A DNA stretch of 64,000 nt from the NCBI GenBank assembly GCA_965227295.1, contig OZ245742.1, positions 5,344,001-5,408,000 on the forward strand. The letters run 5' to 3'. The notes under the pieces are model-generated. The model searched no databases, was not told the origin of the DNA, and was given only the letters and a program-made list of their open reading frames with translations. Positions 40,564-50,465 of the stretch are shown piece by piece. The stretch comes from Leptonemataceae bacterium (GTDB lineage Bacteria; Spirochaetota; Leptospiria; Leptospirales; Leptonemataceae). Every line of letters begins with the position of its first letter. Position 1 is the first letter of the stretch. Position numbers and translations under genes: made by a program.

Positions 40564-40985
40564 GTACTATCTTAACCGTCATTTTTTCAATCTTAACGAT
40601 CCTGGCCGTCCTGGCTTTGCTGCTCCCCCTGCGCACGGGAGTGCGGTCGCCGCTGCTGTTCTTCACCGACGGCGCCCGCAAGTCCGACGACCTGCGCATC
40701 CGCCGGCGGGTCATTGTCGAGAACCTGCGCGATTTACAGATCGAACGAGAGCTGGGCAAACTCAGCGAAGAACGCTTCCGCGAACTGGCCGGCCCCCTCG
40801 CCGGAGAACTGGAAACTGTCGAAGCGGAACTCCAGGCAGCGGGGACGCCGGCGCGGCAACGCAACGTCCAGAGCAATCGCCTGGGCTGGTACTGTCCCGA
40901 ATGCGGCGCGCTGAACCGCGATCCGGAGCTGACGTTCACGCAGTGCGTGCAGTGCGGACTGGATCTGAAACAACAAACACCATGA
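40560..40985 (+). CDS. CcmI-N-like membrane protein with zinc ribbon
   Basis: N-terminal TM, LRDLQIERELGKLSEE, CPECG...CVQCG. Confidence 0.65.
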   Translation: MSTILTVIFSILTILAVLALLLPLRTGVRSPLLFFTDGARKSDDLRIRRRVIVENLRDLQIERELGKLSEERFRELAGPLAGELETVEAELQAAGTPARQRNVQSNRLGWYCPECGALNRDPELTFTQCVQCGLDLKQQTP

Positions 40986-42049
40986 AACTCCCTGGCATCA
41001 TCGTACTAATTCTTAGCGTTCTGTTTTTAAGCAACGGCCTTTCCGCGCAGTCGGACGATCTGATCGTGAGCGGCACGCTGCGAAACGGCACCCGCGGCGG
41101 CGCGCCCACCGGCGCCGAAGAACTCGCGCTCATCCAGCTCGCCGGCGGCATGAGCATCTTACAAACTCTCAAGAATCCCGGGCCGAACTTTCGCTTTCAG
41201 CCCGTCCCCCGTCCGAACTCGCCGCTCCTGTTGCGCGCCGTCTACCAGGGCGAGACATACACCGCCATGATCCCGCCGACGCCGCAAATGCAGAACCGTC
41301 CGCAAACTGTGACCGTCTACGATCCCGGCGCGCCCCGGGACCAGGTGGCCCTGCAATCGGCGCTGCGGGTGACGAAGACCGGTGAGGGCCTGCAGGTGGA
41401 GCAGCTCTTCGTCATTTCCAATCGCTCGCAACCGGAGCGCAGTTGGTCGTTGCGCGATTACGCGATCTACATTCCCCCCGCGGCCGAGGGCGTGCAGGCC
41501 AATCTCACGCACGAGAGTACGCGCATGCCCGTGCCGCTGGACGTGGCGGCATACCCGGAAGCCGGGGAGAACTTTCATCGCCTGGAGCGCGCGGTACGCC
41601 CCGGCGAATCCCAGTTGCAGATCAACTACGCCCTCGCCGACGTCCGCTTCTTCGATCGACTGCCCCGGCACATGGACGCACCGGACGCTAACAGTAACTC
41701 AACAGAAATTACGGACCCGCAGGCCTTTCGCATCGTCATGTGGAGGCCGGAAAACGCGGAGCCGTCCGTCGAAGGCGGCACGGTCATTCCGGAAACCATT
41801 CCCGGCCTCGGCCGGGCCTATCGCGTGGTCTATCCGAACGGCGGCCTCACCTACGACTTCAGCGCCGGCGGCGTCTTCTTCGGCAATCCCATGACATCGG
41901 ACATAAACCCCATCTTCGATACGGATATTAAGACCGGGGCCGGACTCGTTGCGGCGGTACTGCTGTTCTTTTTGTTGATCTCGATCTTCGCGCCGAGAAA
42001 AACAAATGCCACCACCGAGACACCGAGGACGCCGAGCACGGAAGTGTGA
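40982..42049 (+). CDS. Exported membrane-anchored hypothetical protein in the ccm operon
   Basis: Signal peptide (LSA-Q), GTLRNGT beta-sandwich-like start, C-terminal TM; ATGA-coupled to the upstream gene. Confidence 0.7.
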   Translation: MKLPGIIVLILSVLFLSNGLSAQSDDLIVSGTLRNGTRGGAPTGAEELALIQLAGGMSILQTLKNPGPNFRFQPVPRPNSPLLLRAVYQGETYTAMIPPTPQMQNRPQTVTVYDPGAPRDQVALQSALRVTKTGEGLQVEQLFVISNRSQPERSWSLRDYAIYIPPAAEGVQANLTHESTRMPVPLDVAAYPEAGENFHRLERAVRPGESQLQINYALADVRFFDRLPRHMDAPDANSNSTEITDPQAFRIVMWRPENAEPSVEGGTVIPETIPGLGRAYRVVYPNGGLTYDFSAGGVFFGNPMTSDINPIFDTDIKTGAGLVAAVLLFFLLISIFAPRKTNATTETPRTPSTEV

Positions 42050-42079
42050 GCATTCCTCCGGACCCCGGAGCCTCGGTGG

Positions 42080-42817
42080 TTGGATTCTATGCCGCCGCTA
42101 CTGGAAATTCGTAAACTTCGCCGGAATTACGGTTACCGCCCCGTGGTGCGGGACGTGGATCTCAGCATTGCGTCGGGAGAACTGGTCTGTCTTCTGGGGC
42201 CGAACGGCGCGGGCAAATCCAGCCTGCTGGCCGCGCTCACCTCGCGCAATCCGCCGGACGGCGGCGAGATAATCCTGGACGGCGAAACAAGCGGCGACAC
42301 CGGCTCCCGGCAGCGTTATCTGGCGCGGCTGGGTTTTCTCGGCCACGCCCCCGGCATCTTTCTGGATCTGAGCGCCCGGGAAAATTTGAACTTCTTCTAC
42401 GGATTGCAGCACGCCGACGTGAATGCGAACGAGCGCCGGGAACGCGTGGAGGCATTGCTCCGCAGGGCGGGGCTGGGTGATCGCATGGACGGCGATCGCG
42501 TGCGCACGTTTTCCCGCGGTATGCAGCAACGCCTGGGGTTGTGCCGCGTGTTTTTGAGCCGGCCGCGATTGATTCTCCTGGATGAACCGTTGACCGGCCT
42601 GGATCGCGAGGGCGCGGCGACGCTCGTCGAATTCCTGCGTGAGAGCCTGGCCGGCGGCAGTGCGGCTCTCATCACCACGCACGACGAAGATTTTTTTCAG
42701 GACATTGCACAGCGGTACGTCTTTTTGAAGTCCGGGCGGTTGATCGCCGATGTTCCGGTCGATAAATATACCGATACCGCCCGCAGGAAGGTCCACGACC
42801 TGCTCTACGGCAACTGA
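42080..42817 (+). CDS. ccmA: Heme exporter ABC ATPase CcmA
   Basis: GPNGAGKS, LGFLGH, FSRGMQQR, LLDEP; ccm context. Confidence 0.8.
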   Translation: MDSMPPLLEIRKLRRNYGYRPVVRDVDLSIASGELVCLLGPNGAGKSSLLAALTSRNPPDGGEIILDGETSGDTGSRQRYLARLGFLGHAPGIFLDLSARENLNFFYGLQHADVNANERRERVEALLRRAGLGDRMDGDRVRTFSRGMQQRLGLCRVFLSRPRLILLDEPLTGLDREGAATLVEFLRESLAGGSAALITTHDEDFFQDIAQRYVFLKSGRLIADVPVDKYTDTARRKVHDLLYGN

Positions 42818-42827
42818 TGTCCCGACT

Positions 42828-43958
42828 ATGTCTGAACTGGAGTTCGATTCCCATTTTGATAGCGGCGGCCACACGCTGCGCCTGCGCTTCGCCGGCCGGC
42901 TGACCGTCGGTACGAGCTCGGGACCGTGGAAGCGCGTGAACGATTTGCTGGACCGGTTGTCACCGCGCAACGTCGTCGTCGACGCCGCGCAACTCGAGTA
43001 CTGCGACGGCGCCGGCATTGCGTTGTTGCAGCATTGTCGCAAACGCATCGAAGAGGGCGGCGGCACGTTCCGCATCGAACACGGCCGCGACAGCCTGCTG
43101 TCCATGCTGGACCTCTACGGCTCCGCGGATTATCAGAAGCTGGATCAGGCCGGCTCGTTGTTTTCGAATCTGCCCGACGCCCTCGGCCGCATGACCTGGG
43201 CCCTCTTCGAGGAACAGTTCCGCAGGCGTATGGTCTTTCTCGGTGAGTTTTCGTTTCATTTTTTGAACATGCTGATGCGCCCGCTTTCCCTGCGCTGGGG
43301 CGACACGCTCCGCGTCGCCGAACGCGTGGGCGTGGACGCCCTGCCCATCATCCTGCTCATCGGCTTTCTACTGGGACTGATCATGGCCTTTCAATCGGCC
43401 GTGCCCATGCGCATCTACGGAGCCGAACTTTTCGTGGCGAACCTGATCGGCCTGTCGTTATTGCGCGAGCTGGGTCCGTTGATTACGAGCGTGATCCTCG
43501 CCGGCCGCACCGGTTCCTCTTTTGCCGCCGAACTCGGCACCATGAAGATCAACGAGGAGCTCGACGCCATGACGACGATGGGCCTTGAACCGGTGCGTTT
43601 TCTCGTTTTGCCGCGCGTTGTGGCCGCGGTGGCCATGGTGCCGCTGCTTACGATTTTTTTTAATCTCGCCGGTTTGATCGGCGGCCTGGTCGTTCTCAAA
43701 TCGTTCGGTTATCCCGTGGTGGTGTATGTCAATCAGGTGGTCTCGGCGGTATCCATCGGTGATGTAAGCGGCGGCTTGTTCAAGGCGTGCGTCTTCGGCG
43801 CGCTGGTAGCCGGCCTGGGTTGTTACATGGGACTGTCGACGAAGTCCGGTGCCGGGGCGGTGGGTGAATCCACGACGCGCGCGGTGGTGAGCGGCATCAT
43901 CTCGATCGCGGTCGCGGACGGCGTGTTCGCGGTGGTCTTCTTTTTGTTGGATTGGTAG
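42828..43958 (+). CDS. mlaE: MlaE family permease with N-terminal STAS domain
   Basis: RELGPLITSVILAGRTGSSFAAELGTMKINEELDA; N-terminal YCDGAG STAS. Confidence 0.92.
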   Translation: MSELEFDSHFDSGGHTLRLRFAGRLTVGTSSGPWKRVNDLLDRLSPRNVVVDAAQLEYCDGAGIALLQHCRKRIEEGGGTFRIEHGRDSLLSMLDLYGSADYQKLDQAGSLFSNLPDALGRMTWALFEEQFRRRMVFLGEFSFHFLNMLMRPLSLRWGDTLRVAERVGVDALPIILLIGFLLGLIMAFQSAVPMRIYGAELFVANLIGLSLLRELGPLITSVILAGRTGSSFAAELGTMKINEELDAMTTMGLEPVRFLVLPRVVAAVAMVPLLTIFFNLAGLIGGLVVLKSFGYPVVVYVNQVVSAVSIGDVSGGLFKACVFGALVAGLGCYMGLSTKSGAGAVGESTTRAVVSGIISIAVADGVFAVVFFLLDW

Positions 43959-44073
43959 CTTCGCGATCCGTTCTTGCGCCGGCGTCTTTTCCGGTTATGT
44001 CACGTCGTCGTTTCCCCCGCCGATAATTTCAGGTGGACGTGCCGGTACAACGGCGCCACGATTCACAGCGCTC

Positions 44074-44919
44074 ATGTTGGAAGAAGCAGAACAGGACTTC
44101 AGCTACATTCCGCCGGGACTCTACGACAACGCGGAGACGATCATCCGCGTGGAGAATCTTACGGCGGGTTACGGCGGCGGCACGGTCCTGGAAAACGTTT
44201 CGTTCGAAGTCAAACGCGGTGAGGTCTTTGTGATCCTGGGCGGCTCGGGCTGCGGCAAGTCGACGATGCTGAAACATATGATCGGCCTGTATGAACCGCT
44301 GAACGGCTCCATCTTCATCGAAGGCGACGACATCGTGGGCGCCACGGGCGAACTCCGGCAGCAGATCCTCCGGCGCATCGGCGTGATGTACCAGATGGGT
44401 GCGCTCTTCGGCTCGCTGTCCGTCATACAAAACGTGCGCCTGCCCCTCGAAGAATTCACGGATTTGCCCGACGACGCCATCGATCTCATTGCCCGCATGA
44501 AACTCAGCCTGGTCGGCCTGGACGCCTTTGCGGATCATCGCCCGGATGAACTCAGCGGCGGCATGAAAAAACGCGCGGCCATCGCCCGGGCCATGGCCAT
44601 GGATCCTTCAATTCTGTTTCTGGACGAACCCTCCGCCGGCCTGGACCCGGTGACCTCGGCGGAGCTGGATCATCTCATCGTAAACCTCTCGCATAACCTG
44701 AGCGTGACCTTCGTCGTCGTCACTCACGAACTGCCGAGCATATTCACCATTGCGGATCGGGTCATCATGCTGGATAAACGTACGAAGGGCATCACCGCCG
44801 AGGGCGACCCGGCCCACCTGCGGGACACGTCGACGAATCCCTGGGTGCGGCAGTTCTTCAACCGCGACCCGGTTCCGTTGTCGCCGCAATCCCGGGGCGA
44901 GACGCAGCGCTCCACTTAG
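44074..44919 (+). CDS. mlaF: MlaF-type ABC ATPase
   Basis: GGSGCGKST, ELSGGMKKRAAIARA, DEPSAGLDP. Confidence 0.92.
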   Translation: MLEEAEQDFSYIPPGLYDNAETIIRVENLTAGYGGGTVLENVSFEVKRGEVFVILGGSGCGKSTMLKHMIGLYEPLNGSIFIEGDDIVGATGELRQQILRRIGVMYQMGALFGSLSVIQNVRLPLEEFTDLPDDAIDLIARMKLSLVGLDAFADHRPDELSGGMKKRAAIARAMAMDPSILFLDEPSAGLDPVTSAELDHLIVNLSHNLSVTFVVVTHELPSIFTIADRVIMLDKRTKGITAEGDPAHLRDTSTNPWVRQFFNRDPVPLSPQSRGETQRST

Positions 44920-44951
44920 CTTTTCAGGACTAACAACTACTGAGGAAAACC

Positions 44952-45875
44952 ATGCAGGCGAAGTCAGGATTTTTCAAACTCGGCCTTTTTGTTCTCGGTG
45001 CCGTCGCACTGGCGATCGTAGGCCTGCTCTTGCTCGGAGCCGGCCAGGTCTTTCGCGAGACCGTGGACATGGAAACCTACCTGGACGAATCCGTGCAGGG
45101 ACTATCGGTGGGCTCGCCGGTGAAAGAGCGCGGCGTGCAAATCGGCATCGTAAGCGAGATCGACTTCGCACGCAACGTCTACGATCTGGGCGCCGATCGG
45201 GAAAACCTCGGGCGCTACGTCGTCGTTAAAATGAGCCTGCCCGCGAAAGGCAAGTTCCAGCCGGACCGTGTGCACGACGAAATCGAGCGCGGGTTGCGCG
45301 TCCGCCTGGTGGCCCAGGGCATTACCGGCCAGCTCTATCTCGAAGTGGATTATCGCGACGTCGAAGACAACCCGCCCCTGCCCATTACCTGGGTCCCGGA
45401 CTCGTTGTACATTCCGTCGACCCAGAGCGCCATCGCGCGCATCGGCTCGGCGGTGGACGGCATCATCGAACAGGTGGAGCGCACGGACATCGAAAATATT
45501 GCGAGCGACCTGGACGATCTCATTCTCACGGTAACGCGCAGCGTAGAAGGCGCCCGGGTCCAGGCGGCCACCCGGGAAGCGGAACTGTTGATCAAAGAAA
45601 TGCGCGAAACGAACCAGGAACTCAAGAAACTTCTGGCCAGTCGGGAACTACAGGGCCTGCCGAAGGAACTCGACGGCGCCGTAAAGGACATGCGCCGGAC
45701 CACCCGCCGCCTGGACAACGTCATCGCCGGAAACCAGGAAGGCATTACCGAGACCGTGGAGAACCTGCGCAGCGTTTCCCAGGAGATGAAGGAACTCACC
45801 TCCAACGCCAGGGAGTATCCGTCGTTCATCTTTTTCGGCGAGCCGCCGGCCCGCTCCAGCGCCGACCAGCGCTAA
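44952..45875 (+). CDS. mlaD: MlaD/MCE family protein
   Basis: N-terminal TM, SVQGLSVGSPVK..GVQIG, QGITG; coiled-coil tail. Confidence 0.9.
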   Translation: MQAKSGFFKLGLFVLGAVALAIVGLLLLGAGQVFRETVDMETYLDESVQGLSVGSPVKERGVQIGIVSEIDFARNVYDLGADRENLGRYVVVKMSLPAKGKFQPDRVHDEIERGLRVRLVAQGITGQLYLEVDYRDVEDNPPLPITWVPDSLYIPSTQSAIARIGSAVDGIIEQVERTDIENIASDLDDLILTVTRSVEGARVQAATREAELLIKEMRETNQELKKLLASRELQGLPKELDGAVKDMRRTTRRLDNVIAGNQEGITETVENLRSVSQEMKELTSNAREYPSFIFFGEPPARSSADQR

Positions 45876-45904
45876 CTTACAAACAGAAACCTTTAACAAA
45901 TCCC

Positions 45905-46603
45905 ATGCAACGCCGCCACATCATATTCGTCACCTTCGCCCTGAGCACCACGTTCCTCGCCGCCTGCTTCGAAATGCAACGCGAGTTTCCGGAGAAACGC
46001 CACTTTGTTCTGGAGATCGAACGCGGCGGCGGAAACGCGGCCGACGCGACCGCTTTTTTCGGCGTACTCAAGGTGCGCCGCTTCCGGGTTTCTCCGCGCT
46101 ACTCCGGACGCAGCCTGGTCTATCGCAAGTCGGACGTGATCTTCGAAACGGATTTCTACAACGAATTTTTAACCTCCCCCGGTGCAAACTTAACGGAAGA
46201 GGCCCGGCGCTGGTTTTCCGGCAGCCGCCTCTTCGCCCGGGTTACGGACTCCACGAGCCGCGCCGAGGCCTGCTATTATCTCGAAGCCCAGGTAAACTCA
46301 CTCTACGGCGATCTGCGCAACTCCGGCGCGCCGCGTTCCACCGTGGAGATCCAGTTCTTCGTCCTGAAAACCGACGACTCCGTACTCTTCGACCGGACCT
46401 ACGCCGAATCCGTCAATGCCGGCGCCGGAGACCCCGAGTCGCTGATCGTCGCCATGAACACGGCGATTCAGAACGTACTGGCGAAGTTGGAGTCCGACCT
46501 GGCCGGCTCCGAACTCGGCGACTGCGCGGACCGGTTCGTCGATGATGCCGCGGTGGAGACGTCCGTCGATACCTCCGGGGATTCCGACGACGGCCTCGAT
46601 TGA
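45905..46603 (+). CDS. ABC-transport auxiliary lipoprotein (PqiC-like)
   Basis: Lipobox FLAAC; LVYR..YNEF..P motif; last gene of the mlaEFD operon. Confidence 0.8.
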   Translation: MQRRHIIFVTFALSTTFLAACFEMQREFPEKRHFVLEIERGGGNAADATAFFGVLKVRRFRVSPRYSGRSLVYRKSDVIFETDFYNEFLTSPGANLTEEARRWFSGSRLFARVTDSTSRAEACYYLEAQVNSLYGDLRNSGAPRSTVEIQFFVLKTDDSVLFDRTYAESVNAGAGDPESLIVAMNTAIQNVLAKLESDLAGSELGDCADRFVDDAAVETSVDTSGDSDDGLD

Positions 46604-47439
46604 GCCGCTCTCACGAGTGCCCGAAAAATCTGCCCCTGCTCCGCCTCGAACGGGAGAAACTCGGGATGCCACTGCACCCCGAGAAAAAACCGACGGGCCC
46701 CGATCTCTTCCAGCGCGTACGGTATCTCCGCGCCGTCCCGGGCCGTAATCGCTAAGTTCTTTCCGCTAACTTTTACTCCCTGGTGATGCAACGAATTTAC
46801 GCGAATGGTGCAACGGCCGTCTTCAAAGAAGACCACCTCCGGCCGATCGTCACCCGGCTTCGTTTTCACGCAGGCTTCGTCGAACAACCCGGCGAGACGG
46901 CTTCCGGCATCCACAAAGACCGATTTCACCGGAAAGACCGAACGCACCGCCGGCGTTTCCGTATAATAACCGGAAATTTCCTGAAACAGACTGCCCCCGC
47001 GATGCACGTTCATCAACTGCATGCCGCGGCAAATGCCGAGCACGGGCAGGCCCAGCTGATCGGCTTCCACCAACAGACGGCTCTCCAGGGCGTCGCGCTC
47101 TCGAGATTCCAGGCGGTCGATCTTCGTACTGAAGACGCGTCGCATCATGTAAATCACCGGAAACAATATCGCCCGTAGAATGCGCCGCCAGATCGGGCGC
47201 CGGGAATTCGCCTCCGCCTCGAGGAGCGACGGAGTTTCGCCGTACAATTCGGGGTCTATGTCGGCGCCGCCGCCGATGATCAGACCGTCCAGTTCCACGG
47301 CGATGGCCGGTCGTTTTACGGTAATGCGTCGCGCACGGCCGCCGGCGCGCCGAACCGCCAGCCGCGTAAAGAACCAGGCCGGCCAACCGCCGGCCGAAGG
47401 ACCGGTAACTCCGATGATCGGGCGACTCAGCGGAACCAC
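46468..47439 (-). CDS. Class I glutamine amidotransferase, peptidase C26 (PuuD-like)
   Basis: GLIIGGGADIDP, LGICRGMQ, VNSLHHQG, GVQWHPE. The start codon is uncertain. Confidence 0.9.
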   Translation of the reverse strand: MVPLSRPIIGVTGPSAGGWPAWFFTRLAVRRAGGRARRITVKRPAIAVELDGLIIGGGADIDPELYGETPSLLEAEANSRRPIWRRILRAILFPVIYMMRRVFSTKIDRLESRERDALESRLLVEADQLGLPVLGICRGMQLMNVHRGGSLFQEISGYYTETPAVRSVFPVKSVFVDAGSRLAGLFDEACVKTKPGDDRPEVVFFEDGRCTIRVNSLHHQGVKVSGKNLAITARDGAEIPYALEEIGARRFFLGVQWHPEFLPFEAEQGQIFRALVRAAQSRPSSESPEVSTDVSTAASSTNRSAQSPSSEPARSDSNFASTF

Positions 47440-48467
47440 TCCTCCAGCTTCGCGCGCCAGCCCGCGCCACGGGTGCGCAGGTACTCCGCTGAAAGTTCGC
47501 GCAGGCGTTCTTCGTCGTCGGCCAGGCGTTCGATCTGCACCCAGCGGTTCCATTCAAAAGCCACGGACCACTGCGGATCGTCGATGCGGCAGTCCGGCAT
47601 GCGATAGTGATACGTGGGCCGGCCTTTCACAAGACGCTGCTCGTCCTCCGGCAGGGCGGCGCGAATGTTTGCGCTGCCGTCTTCGCCGGCCGCGTGTATG
47701 AACAGCGGCAGCATGTCCAGGGGGCGATTGCGCGTGGGATTGTCCGCAAGATAGTCCTGAATCAGCGCGTCCAGGTTCGGTTGATAGTCGTTCGCTAAAA
47801 TCTTACGAATGTAAGCTTGCGGAAAGTCTTCAATGTAAGGAGAAAGATACTCCCGTGTAAAATCCGTGGGGGCCTCGTGCTGAAAGGCGTCTTTCAGCAA
47901 CAGAAAGGCGCGCAGGTGATTCAAGAATTCCGTTGCGTTCAGTTTCGCCGCCTCGGGATTGATGTGCAGGCCGAACGCATAAACCACGGACGCGCCGGAA
48001 CCCAGGGCTCGTTCTTTGTGCAGACGCTCGCGCAATTCGTCGAGGGAGCCCAGGTCGTTCATCGGCAGCGGCGGTGTGACGATCTCAAAGGGAATGGCGA
48101 ACTCCGCCACACGCATGAGGACGTCTTCGACGAACTGTTCCAGGGACTCGGCAAGGGTCATACCCTCGCGATCCAGATCCGACAGCGCGTCGATCAAACC
48201 GGAATCTCTTAGAAATTTACGATAGCGCTCCTCTTTGAGCAGCGAGGAGTCCACCTCGACTTCGAAGTCCCCCGAACGGGCCTTCTCCACAGCGTAGAGA
48301 AAGCGATTCTTGCGTTCCACGGTCCCCCCGTAGATGTCCTGGACGATGGCGCAGGCGCGCTCCAGAGGTACGCCGGTGTACTCGAATTCAAAGCCCGCGC
48401 GGCGGATGCGGCCGGTTTCGTTGGTGAGGGTGGGTGGAGATTGAAAAGCTGGCGCAGTTGTGGGCAT
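47427..48467 (-). CDS. Amidoligase family (COOH-NH2 ligase type 2) protein
   Basis: RRAGFEFEYTG, PFEIVTPP, AFGLHINPE, NPTRNRPLD, RPTYHYRMP. Confidence 0.88.
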   Translation of the reverse strand: MPTTAPAFQSPPTLTNETGRIRRAGFEFEYTGVPLERACAIVQDIYGGTVERKNRFLYAVEKARSGDFEVEVDSSLLKEERYRKFLRDSGLIDALSDLDREGMTLAESLEQFVEDVLMRVAEFAIPFEIVTPPLPMNDLGSLDELRERLHKERALGSGASVVYAFGLHINPEAAKLNATEFLNHLRAFLLLKDAFQHEAPTDFTREYLSPYIEDFPQAYIRKILANDYQPNLDALIQDYLADNPTRNRPLDMLPLFIHAAGEDGSANIRAALPEDEQRLVKGRPTYHYRMPDCRIDDPQWSVAFEWNRWVQIERLADDEERLRELSAEYLRTRGAGWRAKLEEWFR

Positions 48468-48571
48468 GCACCTCTAAGGATAATAAAAAAAGGGCGCAGC
48501 GGCAAACAGGGGGCCCGGCGGGCGAGCGGCGGCCAAACATTACATCAGGAGAACCTTATCCGCCCGCAAGC

Positions 48572-48916
48572 TCACGGCACCAGAATGCTCGCGGCCATAT
48601 CCAGATCTTCCGCGAGGATGACCGACTGCACCCCGCCGAGACTCAGCACCTTGCGCACCGAGGCGTTGGCCCGGGCCACCACGAGCTGGCCGCCCTTCTT
48701 ACGGCAGGACGTGCCGGCAAAAATAATGACGCTGATGATCGAAGAGTCCGCGAGCATGACGTGCTCCATGTCGAGGACGATGTTCGGCGGGCGCGATGCG
48801 AGGACGTCGAGGATGGTCTGGCGCAGGTCCGCCGCAATCACCATGCGCAGTTCGCCGGGGGGAAGCGTTAGTACCGTGTACTGCGGCTTATTGTCGATAT
48901 CGACATCCTCCATCAT
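48572..48916 (-). CDS. STAS domain protein (anti-anti-sigma-like)
   Basis: IVLDMEHVMLADSS, GGQLVV, VRKVLSLGG. Confidence 0.8.
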   Translation of the reverse strand: MMEDVDIDNKPQYTVLTLPPGELRMVIAADLRQTILDVLASRPPNIVLDMEHVMLADSSIISVIIFAGTSCRKKGGQLVVARANASVRKVLSLGGVQSVILAEDLDMAASILVP

Positions 48917-49000
48917 ATCGCGGAACCATTGTACGTGGTGCAATTTGTAGCAAGTAAAACCGGCGAACTGCGTAAAAAAAACAGCGCAGACTTGGTACAA

Positions 49001-50377
49001 TCAATACAACCGGTAAGGTTCCACCAGCTCTTCAAAGGCGGCCGCTTCCCCGGCCCAGGTCTCGCGAAACCGATCATACGGAAGGTCCGCCTGGAAGGCG
49101 CGCCGGAAATCGTCCCCGCCCCAGAGGACATCCATGAAGAGCTGTCCGCTTTTTCCGTGACGTCGATAGCTCAGCCGGTCCCCGTACAAACGGTGCATGA
49201 TCCTGAGGTACTCGTAGCCGGTGCGCAACGCATCGAAGCGCGTGGAGACCGGCGTGATCTGCACGCCGCGGCACGGTTGATTGCGATAGACCGACGCCGT
49301 CGGCCGAAAGCTTACCTCGGTAATTTCTACTCCCGGTAAGTTGAGCGCGCGCAGTTCTCGCACCACCGTGCGGGAATCGAGCCAGGGCGCACCGCTGTAG
49401 ACGAAGGGCCGGGTGGTGCCGCGCCCGAGGCTGTAATTCACGCCTTCAAAAAACACCAGCCCGGGATAGACCAGCGCGGATTCCAGCGATGGAATGTTCG
49501 GCGACGGATTGATCCAGGACTTACGCAGCGTCGCGTCCGCCGCCGCACGTTCGTAACCGCTCACCCGGACGATGCTCAGCCGCACGCCGGGATACTTCAG
49601 ATCGACCATGAAGCGCGCGTACTCTCCCGGCGTCATGGAGTACAGGAACGGCACCGGTGCTTCGCTGACGAAACTATCGAAGCCGTCTTCCAGGTACGAA
49701 CCCTGGGCCCGCCAGAAGCCGTAGGGATTCGGCCGGTCCAGAATCATCAGCTCCACGCCGAACTCGTCCGCGGCTTCGAGTAAGTACGTGAGCGTCGAGA
49801 CGTAGGTATAACAGCGGACGGGAAGATTCTCGATGTCCACCACGATGACGTCGATGCCCTGGAGATGGCGGGCCTCGGGTTTGCGCCGTTTCGAGTAGAG
49901 ACTCAATATCCGCAGCCCGTGCTCCGGATCAACGCGGATGCCGTCCGGCCCGGCCTCGTCGAGATAACCGTACAGGCCGTGTTCCGGCTCCAGGACCAGG
50001 GCCGGACGCACGCCGGCGTCGAGCATGAGATCGAGCCCGGGCTGGAGATGGCGGTCCCGGCCCGTGGCGTTGGTCAACAGGGCAAAGTTACGATTCCGGA
50101 GCAGTGTAAAGTCGTCGATGGCCAGGGCGTCGAGGCCGGTGAACAGCGGTTCCTCCGAGCGGTTCGGCAACAGTCCCTCGGCCTCCTCCCCGACGTCCGG
50201 GCGGCAGCAGGACGGGAGTTCGTAGATCCGGACCCGGCCGTCCTGGACGACCCGGGCCTCCAGACGGCTTTCCACGGGCTGCATGTAACCGCCGATGCGC
50301 AGCTCAATTTCGCCGGTGGTGCAGCAGGCGGAAATCGCGAGTGCCGCCGCGAGGCTAAGTATGGACTGGAGATTCAA
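49001..50377 (-). CDS. namZ: Exo-beta-N-acetylmuramidase NamZ (DUF1343), lipoprotein
   Basis: PEHG, SLY, RCYTYVST, LDRPNP, PSPNIP, SLGRGTTRPF; signal ending ISAC. Confidence 0.85.
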   Translation of the reverse strand: MNLQSILSLAAALAISACCTTGEIELRIGGYMQPVESRLEARVVQDGRVRIYELPSCCRPDVGEEAEGLLPNRSEEPLFTGLDALAIDDFTLLRNRNFALLTNATGRDRHLQPGLDLMLDAGVRPALVLEPEHGLYGYLDEAGPDGIRVDPEHGLRILSLYSKRRKPEARHLQGIDVIVVDIENLPVRCYTYVSTLTYLLEAADEFGVELMILDRPNPYGFWRAQGSYLEDGFDSFVSEAPVPFLYSMTPGEYARFMVDLKYPGVRLSIVRVSGYERAAADATLRKSWINPSPNIPSLESALVYPGLVFFEGVNYSLGRGTTRPFVYSGAPWLDSRTVVRELRALNLPGVEITEVSFRPTASVYRNQPCRGVQITPVSTRFDALRTGYEYLRIMHRLYGDRLSYRRHGKSGQLFMDVLWGGDDFRRAFQADLPYDRFRETWAGEAAAFEELVEPYRLY

Positions 50378-50465
50378 AATACGACTAAAAGATGGGCAGT
50401 TCCCGGCAACGGGGCGGCCGTTTTTTTATTTTCGGCGCCGGTGCGGCTGGAAACAATGAATTCGC

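Noticed and set aside
48468..48571. Structured RNA between the STAS and amidoligase genes
   Set aside because: Only a 7-bp GCGGGCG/CGCCCGC pairing and a T-tract are present. A weak terminator would explain this, and there is no second copy to support more.
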